From Nemertoderma westbladi (Eukaryota; Animalia; Xenacoelomorpha): a stretch of 64,000 bases of DNA. Location: contig JAUCBJ010003088.1 in NCBI GenBank assembly GCA_032718475.1, forward strand, positions 8,473-72,472. The letters are read 5' to 3'. Both the position numbers and the translations under genes were made by a program. Below are positions 54,001 to 64,000 of the stretch, in pieces. How positions within the stretch are numbered: position 1 is the first letter of the stretch; every line of letters begins with the position of its first letter. The notes beneath the pieces were generated by a model that saw only the letters and a list, made by a program, of their open reading frames with translations, had not been told where the DNA came from and made no database searches.

Positions 54001-57000
54001 CTATATGGAGTCCATCATACAAAAGTTAGAACCAGTACTCCTATATGGAGTCCATCATACAGCAGTTAGAACTCCTATATGGAGTCCATCATACAGCAGT
54101 TAGAATCAGTACTCCTATATGGAGTCCATCATACAGCAGTTAGAACCAGTACTCCTATATGGAGTCCATCATGCAGCAGTTAGAACCAGTACTCCTATAT
54201 GGAGTCCATCATACAGCAGTTAGAACCAGTACTCCTATATGGAGTCCATCATACAGCAGTTAGAATCAGTACTCCTATATGGAGTTCATCAATCAGAAGT
54301 TAGAACCAGTACTCCTATATGGAGTCTATCAATCAGAAGTTAGAACCAGTACTCCTTTATGAAGTCCATCATACAGTAATTAGAACCAGTACTCCTCAAT
54401 CAGCAGTTAGAACCAGTACTCCTTTATGGAGTCCATCAATCAGAAGTTAGAACCAGTACTCCTATATGGAGTCCATCATACAGCAGTTAGAACTAGTACT
54501 CCTATATGGACTCCATTATACAGCAGTTAGAATCAGTACTCCTATATGGAGTTCATCAATCAGCAGTTAGAACCAGTACTCCTGTATGGAGTCTATCAAT
54601 CAGAAGTTAGAACCAGTACTCCTTTATGGAGTCCATCATACAGTAATTAGAACCAGTACTCCTCAATCAGCAGTTAGAACCAGTACTCCTTTATGGAGTC
54701 CATCAATCAGAAGTTAGAACCAGTACTCCTATATGGAGTCCATCAATCAGAAGTTAGAACCAGTACTCCTATATGGAGTCCATCAATCAGAATCAGAAGT
54801 TAGAACCAGTACTCCTATATGGAGTCCATCATACAGCAGTTAGAACAAGTACTCCTATATGGAGTCCATCATACAGCAGTTAGAACCAGTACTCCTATAT
54901 GGAGTCCATCATACAGCAGTTAGAACCAGTACTCCTATATGGAGTCTATCAATCAGAAGTTAGAACCAGTACTCCTTTATGAAGTCCATCATACAGTAAT
55001 TAGAACCAGTACTCCTCAATCAGCAGTTAGAACCAGTACTCCTTTATGGAGTCCATCAATCAGAAGTTAGAACCAGTACTCCTATATGGAGTCCATCATA
55101 CAGCAGTTAGAACTAGTACTCCTATATGGACTCCATTATACAGCAGTTAGAATCAGTACTCCTATATGGAGTTCATCAATCAGCAGTTAGAACCAGTACT
55201 CCTGTATGGAGTCTATCAATCAGAAGTTAGAACCAGTACTCCTTTATGGAGTCCATCATACAGTAATTAGAACCAGTACTCCTCAATCAGCAGTTAGAAC
55301 CAGTACTCCTTTATGGAGTCCATCAATCAGAAGTTAGAACCAGTACTCCTATATGGAGTCCATCAATCAGAAGTTAGAACCAGTACTCCTATATGGAGTC
55401 CATCAATCAGAATCAGAAGTTAGAACCAGTACTCCTATATGGAGTCCATCATACAGCAGTTAGAACAAGTACTCCTATATGGAGTCCATCATACAGCAGT
55501 TAGAACCAGTACTCCTATATGGAGTCCATCATACAGCAGTTAGAACCAGTACTCCTATATGGAGTCCATCATACAGCAGTTAGAACCAGTACTCCTATAT
55601 GGAGCATCAATCAGCAGATAGAACCAGGAACCAGTACTCCTATATGGATTCCATCATACAGCAGTTAGAACCAGTACTCCTATATGGAGTCCATCAATCA
55701 GAAGTTAGAACCAGTACTCCTATATGGATTCCATCAATCAGCAGTTAGAACCAGTACTCCTATATGGAGTCCATCATACAGCAGTTAGAACCAGTACTCC
55801 TATATGGAGTGCATCATACGGCAGTTAGAACCAGTACTCCTATATGGAGTCCATCATACAGCAGTTAGAACCAGTACTCCTATATGGAGTCCATCATACA
55901 GCAGTTAGAACCAGTAATCCTATATGGAGTCCATCATACGGCAGTTAGAACCAGTACTCCTATATGGAGTCCATCATACAGCAGTTAGAACTCCTATATG
56001 GAGTCCATCATACAGCAGTTAGAACCAGTACTCCTATATGGAGTCCATCATACAGCAGTTAGACCCAGTACACCTATATGGAGTCCATCAATCATAAGTT
56101 AGAACCAGTACTCCTATATGGAGTCCATCATACAGCAGTTAGAACCAGTACTCCTATATGGAGTCCATCATACAGCAGTTAGAACCAGTACTCCTATATT
56201 GAGTCCATCATACAGCAGTTAGAACCAGTACTCCTATATGGAGTCCATCATACAGCAGTTAGAATCAGTACTCCTATATGGAGTCCATCATACAGCAGTT
56301 AGAACCAGTACTCCTATATGGAGTCCATCATACAGCAGTTAGAACCAGTACTCCTATATGGAGTCCATCATACAGCAGTTAGAACCAGTACTCCTATATG
56401 GAGTCCATCATACAGCCTATATGGAGTCCATCAATCAGAAGTTAGAACCAGTACTCCTATATGGATTCCATCAATCAGCAGTTAGAACCAGTACTCCTAT
56501 ATGGAGTCCATCATACAGCAGTTAGAACCAGTACTCCTATATGGAGTCCATCATACAGCAGTTAGAACCAGTACTCCTATATGGAGTCCATCAATCAGAA
56601 GTTAGAACCAGTACTCCTATATGGAGTCCATCATACAGCAGTTAGAATCAGTACTCCTATATGGAGTCCATCATACAAAAGTTAGAACCAGTACTCCTAT
56701 ATGGAGTCCATCATACAGCAGTTAGAACTCCTATATGGAGTCCATCATACAGCAGTTAGAATCAGTACTCCTATATGGAGTCCATCATACAGCAGTTAGA
56801 ACCAGTACTCCTATATGGAGTCCATCATGCAGCAGTTAGAACCAGTACTCCTATATGGAGTCCATCGTACAGCAGTTAGAACCAGTACTCCTATATGGAG
56901 TCCATCATACAGCAGTTAGAATCAGTACTCCTATATGGAGTTCATCAATCAGAAGTTAGAACCAGTACTCCTATATGGAGTCTATCAATCAGAAGTTAGA

Positions 57001-60000
57001 ACCAGTACTCCTTTATGAAGTCCATCATACAGTAATTAGAACCAGTACTCCTCAATCAGCAGTTAGAACCAGTACTCCTTTATGGAGTCCATCAATCAGA
57101 AGTTAGAACCAGTACTCCTATATGGAGTCCATCATACAGCAGTTAGAACCAGTACTCCTATATGGACTCCATTATACAGCAGTTAGAATCAGTACTCCTA
57201 TATGGAGTTCATCAATCAGCAGTTAGAACCAGTACTCCTGTATGGAGTCTATCAATCAGAAGTTAGAACCAGTACTCCTTTATGGAGTCCATCATACAGT
57301 AATTAGAACCAGTACTCCTCAATCAGCAGTTAGAACCAGTACTCCTTTATGGAGTCCATCAATCAGAAGTTAGAACCAGTACTCCTATATGGAGTCCATC
57401 AATCAGAAGTTAGAACCAGTACTCCTATATGGAGTCCATCAATCAGAATCAGAAGTTAGAACCAGTACTCCTATATGGAGTCCATCATACAGCAGTTAGA
57501 ACAAGTACTCCTATATGGAGTCCATCATACAGCAGTTAGAACCAGTACTCCTATATGGAGTCCATCATACAGCAGTTAGAACCAGTACTCCTATATGGAG
57601 TCCATCATACAGCAGTTAGAACCAGTACTCCTATATGGAGCATCAATCAGCAGATAGAACCAGGAACCAGTACTCCTATATGGATTCCATCATACAGCAG
57701 TTAGAACCAGTACTCCTATATGGAGTCCATCAATCAGAAGTTAGAACCAGTACTCCTATATGGATTCCATCAATCAGCAGTTAGAACCAGTACTCCTATA
57801 TGGAGTCCATCATACAGCAGTTAGAACCAGTACTCCTATATGGAGTGCATCATACGGCAGTTAGAACCAGTACTCCTATATGGAGTCCATCATACAGCAG
57901 TTAGAACCAGTACTCCTATATGGAGTCCATCATACAGCAGTTAGAACCAGTACTCCTATATGGAGTCCATCATACGGCAGTTAGAACCAGTACTCCTATA
58001 TGGAGTCCATCATACAGCAGTTAGAACTCCTATATGGAGTCCATCATACAGCAGTTAGAACCAGTACTCCTATATGGAGTCCATCATACAGCAGTTAGAC
58101 CCAGTACACCTATATGGAGTCCATCAATCATAAGTTAGAACCAGTACTCCTATATAGAGTCCATCATACAGCAGTTAGAACCAGTACTCCTATATGGAGT
58201 CCATCATACAGCAGTTAGAACCAGTACTCCTATATTGAGTCCATCATACAGCAGTTAGAACCAGTACTCCTATATGGAGTCCATCATACAGCAGTTAGAA
58301 TCAGTACTCCTATATGGAGTCCATCATACAGCAGTTAGAACCAGTACTCCTATATGGAGTCCATCATACAGCAGTTAGAACCAGTACTCCTATATGGAGT
58401 TCATCATACAGCAGTTAGAACCAGTACTCCTATATGGAGTCCATCATACAGCCTATATGGAGTCCATCAATCAGAAGTTAGAACCAGTACTCCTATATGG
58501 ATTCCATCAATCAGCAGTTAGAACCAGTACTCCTATATGGAGTCCATCATACAGCAGTTAGAACCAGTACACCTATATGGAGTCCATCATACAGCAGTTA
58601 GAACCAGTACTCCTATATGGAGTCCATCATACGGCAGTTAGAACCAGTACTCCTATATGGAGTCCATCATACAGCAGTTAGAACTCCTATATGGAGTCCA
58701 TCATACAGCAGTTAGAACCAGTACTCCTATATGGAGTCCATCATACAGCAGTTAGACCCAGTACACCTATATGGAGTCCATCAATCATAAGTTAGAACCA
58801 GTACTCCTATATGGAGTCCATCATACAGCAGTTAGAACCAGTACTCCTATATGGAGTCCATCATACAGCAGTTAGAACCAGTACTCCTATATGGAGTCCA
58901 TCATACAGCAGTTATAACCAGTACTCCTATATGGAGTCCATCATACAGCAGTTAGAATCAGTACTCCTATATGGAGTCCATCATACAGCAGTTAGAACCA
59001 GTACTCCTATATGGAGTCCATCATACAGCAGTTAGAACCAGTACTCCTATATGGAGTCCATCATACAGCAGTTAGAACCAGTACTCCTATATGGAGTCCA
59101 TCATACAGCCTATATGGAGTCCATCAATCAGAAGTTAGAACCAGTAGTCCTATATGGAGTCCATCAATCAGAATCAGAAGTTAGAACCAGTACTCCTATA
59201 TGGAGTCCATCATACAGCAGTTAGAACCAGTACTCCTATATGGAGTCCATCAATCATAAGTTAGAACCAGTACTCCTATATGGAGTCCATCATACAGCAG
59301 TTAGAACCAGTACTCATATATGGAGTCCATCATACAGAAGTTAGAACCAGTACTCCTATATGGAGTCCATCATACAAAAGTTAGAACCAGTACTCCTATA
59401 TGGAGTCCATCATACAGCAGTTAGAATCAGTACTCCTATATGGAGTCCATCATACAAAAGTTAGAACCAGTACTCTTATATGGAGTCCATTAATCATAAG
59501 TTAGAACCAGTACTCCTATATGGAGTCCATCAATCATAAGTTAGAACCAGTACTCCTATATGGAGTCCATCATACAGCAGTTAGAACCAGTACTCCTATA
59601 TGGAGTCCATCATACAGAAGTTAGAACCAGTACTCCTATATGGAGTCCATCATACAGCAGTTAGAACCAGTACTCCTATATGGAGTCCATCAATCAGAAG
59701 TTAGAACCAGTACTCCTATATGGAGTCCATCATACAGCAGTTAGAACCAGTACTCCTATATGGAGTCCATCATACAGCTGTTAGAACCAGTACTCCTATA
59801 TGGAGTCCATCATACAGCAGTTAGAACCAGTACTCCTATATGGAGTTCATCATACAGCAGTTAGAACCAGTACTCCTATATGGAGTCCATCATACAGAAG
59901 TTAGAACTAGTACTCCTATATGGAGTCCATCATACAGCAGTTAGAACCAGTACTCCTATATGGAGTCTATCATACAGCAGTTAGAACCAGTACTCCTATA

Positions 60001-63000
60001 TGGAGTCTATCAATCAGAAGTTAGAACCAGTACTCCTTTATGAAGTCCATCATACAGTAATTAGAACCAGTACTCCTCAATCAGCAGTTAGAACCAGTAC
60101 TCCTTTATGGAGTCCATCAATCAGAAGTTAGAACCAGTACTCCTATATGGAGTCCATCATACAGCAGTTAGAACCAGTACTCCTATATGGACTCCATTAT
60201 ACAGCAGTTAGAATCAGTACTCCTATATGGAGTTCATCAATCAGCAGTTAGAACCAGTACTCCTGTATGGAGTCTATCAATCAGAAGTTAGAACCAGTAC
60301 TCCTTTATGGAGTCCATCATACAGTAATTAGAACCAGTACTCCTCAATCAGCAGTTAGAACCAGTACTCCTTTATGGAGTCCATCAATCAGAAGTTAGAA
60401 CCAGTACTCCTATATGGAGTCCATCAATCAGAAGTTAGAACCAGTACTCCTATATGGAGTCCATCAATCAGAATCAGAAGTTAGAACCAGTACTCCTATA
60501 TGGAGTCCATCATACAGCAGTTAGAACAAGTACTCCTATATGGAGTCCATCATACAGCAGTTAGAACCAGTACTCCTATATGGAGTCCATCATACAGCAG
60601 TTAGAACCAGTACTCTTATATGGAGTCCATCATACAGCAGTTAGAACCAGTACTCCTATATGGAGCATCAATCAGCAGATAGAACCAGGAACCAGTACTC
60701 CTATATGGATTCCATCATACAGCAGTTAGAACCAGTACTCCTATATGGAGTCCATCAATCAGAAGTTAGAACCAGTACTCCTATATGGATTCCATCAATC
60801 AGCAGTTAGAACCAGTACTCCTATATGGAGTCCATCATACAGCAGTTAGAACCAGTACTCCTATATGGAGTGCATCATACGGCAGTTAGAACCAATACTC
60901 CTATATGGAGTCCATCATACAGCAGTTAGAACCAGTAATCCTATATGGAGTCCATCATACGGCAGTTAGAACCAGTACTCCTATATGGAGTCCATCATAC
61001 AGCAGTTAGAACTCCTATATGGAGTCCATCATACAGCAGTTAGAACCAGTACTCCTATATGGAGTCCATCATACAGCAGTTAGACCCAGTACACCTATAT
61101 GGAGTCCATCAATCATAAGTTAGAACCAGTACTCCTATATGGAGTCCATCATACAGCAGTTAGAACCAGTACTCCTATATGGAGTCCATCATACAGCAGT
61201 TAGAACCAGTACTCCTATATTGAGTCCATCATACAGCAGTTAGAACCAGTACTCCTATATGGAGTCCATCATACAGCAGTTAGAATCAGTACTCCTATAT
61301 GGAGTCCATCATACAGCAGTTAGAACCAGTACTCCTATATGGAGTCCATCATACAGCAGTTAGAACCAGTAATCCTATATGGAGTCCATCATACGGCAGT
61401 TAGAACCAGTACTCCTATATGGAGTCCATCATACAGCAGTTAGAACTCCTATATGGAGTCCATCATACAGCAGTTAGAACCAGTACTCCTATATGGAGTC
61501 CATCATACAGCAGTTAGACCCAGTACACCTATATGGAGTCCATCAATCATAAGTTAGAACCAGTACTCCTATATGGAGTCCATCATACAGCAGTTAGAAC
61601 CAGTACTCTTATATGGAGTCCATCATACAGCAGTTAGAACCAGTACTCCTATATTGAGTCCATCATACAGCAGTTAGAACCAGTACTCCTATATGGAGTC
61701 CATCATACAGCAGTTAGAATCAGTACTCCTATATGGAGTCCATCATACAGCAGTTAGAACCAGTACTCCTATATGGAGTCCATCATACAGCAGTTAGAAC
61801 CAGTACTCCTATATGGAGTCCATCATACAGCAGTTAGAACCAGTACTCCTATATGGAGTCCATCATACAGCCTATATGGAGTCCATCAATCAGAAGTTAG
61901 AACCAGGACTCCTATATGGATTCCATGAATCAGCAGTTAGAACCAGTACTCCTATATGGAGTCCATCATACAGCAGTTAGAACCAGTACTCCTATATGGA
62001 GTCCATCATACAGCAGTTAGAACCAGTACTCCTATATGGAGTCCATCAATCAGAAGTTAGAACCAGTACTCCTATATGGAGTCCATCATACAGCAGTTAG
62101 AATCAGTACTCCTATATGGAGTCCATCATACAAAAGTTAGAACCAGTACTCCTATATGGAGTCCATCATACAGCAGTTAGAACTCCTATATGGAGTCCAT
62201 CATACAGCAGTTAGAATCAGTACTCCTATATGGAGTCCATCATACAGCAGTTAGAACCAGTACTCCTATATGGAGTCCATCATGCAGCAGTTAGAACCAG
62301 TACTCCTATATGGAGTCCATCGTACAGCAGTTAGAACCAGTACTCCTATATGGAGTCCATCATACAGCAGTTAGAATCAGTACTCCTATATGGAGTTCAT
62401 CAATCAGAAGTTAGAACCAGTACTCCTATATGGAGTCTATCAATCAGAAGTTAGAACCAGTACTCCTTTATGAAGTCCATCATACAGTAATTAGAACCAG
62501 TACTCCTCAATCAGCAGTTAGAACCAGTACTCCTTTATGGAGTCCATCAATCAGAAGTTAGAACCAGTACTCCTATATGGAGTCCATCATACAGCAGTTA
62601 GAACCAGTACTCCTATATGGACTCCATTATACAGCAGTTAGAATCAGTACTCCTATATGGAGTTCATCAATCAGCAGTTAGAACCAGTACTCCTGTATGG
62701 AGTCTATCAATCAGAAGTTAGAACCAGTACTCCTTTATGGAGTCCATCATACAGTAATTAGAACCAGTACTCCTCAATCAGCAGTTAGAACCAGTACTCC
62801 TTTATGGAGTCCATCAATCAGAAGTTAGAACCAGTACTCCTATATGGAGTCCATCAATCAGAAGTTAGAACCAGTACTCCTATATGGAGTCCATCAATCA
62901 GAATCAGAAGTTAGAACCAGTACTCCTATATGGAGTCCATCATACAGCAGTTAGAACAAGTACTCCTATATGGAGTCCATCATACAGCAGTTAGAACCAG

Positions 63001-64000
63001 TACTCCTATATGGAGTCCATCATACAGCAGTTAGAACCAGTACTCCTATATGGAGTCCATCATACAGCAGTTAGAACCAGTACTCCTATATGGAGCATCA
63101 ATCAGCAGATAGAACCAGGAACCAGTACTCCTATATGGATTCCATCATACAGCAGTTAGAACCAGTACTCCTATATGGAGTCCATCAATCAGAAGTTAGA
63201 ACCAGTACTCCTATATGGATTCCATCAATCAGCAGTTAGAACCAGTACTCCTATATGGAGTCCATCATACAGCAGTTAGAACCAGTACTCCTATATGGAG
63301 TCCATCATACAGCAGTTAGAACCAGTACTCCTATATGGAGTCCATCATACAGCAGTTAGAACCAGTACTCCTATATGGAGTCCATCATACGGCAGTTAGA
63401 ACCAGTACTCCTATATGGAGTCCATCATACAGCAGTTAGAACTCCTATATGGAGTCCATCATACAGCAGTTAGAACCAGTACTCCTATATGGAGTCCATC
63501 ATACAGCAGTTAGACCCAGTACACCTATATGGAGTCCATCAATCATAAGTTAGAACCAGTACTCCTATATGGAGTCCATCATACAGCAGTTAGAACCAGT
63601 ACTCCTATATGGAGTCCATCATACAGCAGTTAGAACCAGTACTCCTATATTGAGTCCATCATACAGCAGTTAGAACCAGTACTCCTATATGGAGTCCATC
63701 ATACAGCAGTTAGAATCAGTACTCCTATATGGAGTCCATCATACAGCAGTTAGAACCAGTACTCCTATATGGAGTCCATCATACAGCAGTTAGAACCAGT
63801 ACTCCTATATGGAGTCCATCATACAGCAGTTAGAACCAGTACTCCTATATGGAGTCCATCATACAGCCTATATGGAGTCCATCAATCAGAAGTTAGAACC
63901 AGTACTCCTATATGGATTCCATCAATCAGCAGTTAGAACCAGTACTCCTATATGGAGTCCATCATACAGCAGTTAGAACCAGTACACCTATATGGAGTCC

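Larger units (their letters stand above)
35829..64000 (+). repeat. 40-bp satellite DNA array, right arm, continuing past the window end
   Basis: Same monomer and orientation as the left arm but more heterogeneous, with private variants (TATGAAGTCC, GGACTCCATTAT, GTGCATCATACGG, ACTCCTTCCTAT, GAGTCAGTCC). Confidence 0.99.

Noticed and set aside
3607-59035. Many 60-90 aa 'MESIIQQLEPVLLYG...' ORFs
   Set aside because: They are translations of the satellite, opened where indels or SNPs skip the recurrent TAG. The PVLLYG similarity reflects the origin of the monomer, not functional genes.
1301-64000. CRISPR array (palindromic repeat of 37-40 bp)
   Set aside because: There are no unique spacers: units are directly adjacent and the variable part is a few recurring alleles. 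No cas genes are present and the context is a eukaryotic LINE.

Overview
This is eukaryotic-type repetitive DNA, not a gene-rich region. After about 1.3 kb of AT-rich flank (which starts with a 31-bp minisatellite), the window is one head-to-tail satellite array of a 40-bp monomer (GTTAGAACCAGTACTCCTATATGGAGTCCATCATACAGCA). The array runs from about 1301 off the end of the window, has kb-scale higher-order duplications, and contains a domain of a 37-bp variant at about 43.6-51.1 kb. It is interrupted once, at 33990-35828, by a 5'-truncated, inactivated RTE-like non-LTR retrotransposon with RT motifs, a 76-bp frameshifting duplication, one nonsense codon and a (TAG)n tail. Main observation: the satellite monomer is itself a near-copy of a 36-nt piece of this element's ORF (35362-35397, motif AVVPVLLYGSP; 32 of 37 alignment columns identical, same strand). 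The element therefore sits inside a >60-kb array apparently amplified from its own family's coding sequence. Higher-order repeat phase also reveals a cryptic target-site duplication of about 79 bp. All short ORFs called in the array are translation artefacts of the repeat. Alignments and offsets were read by eye.
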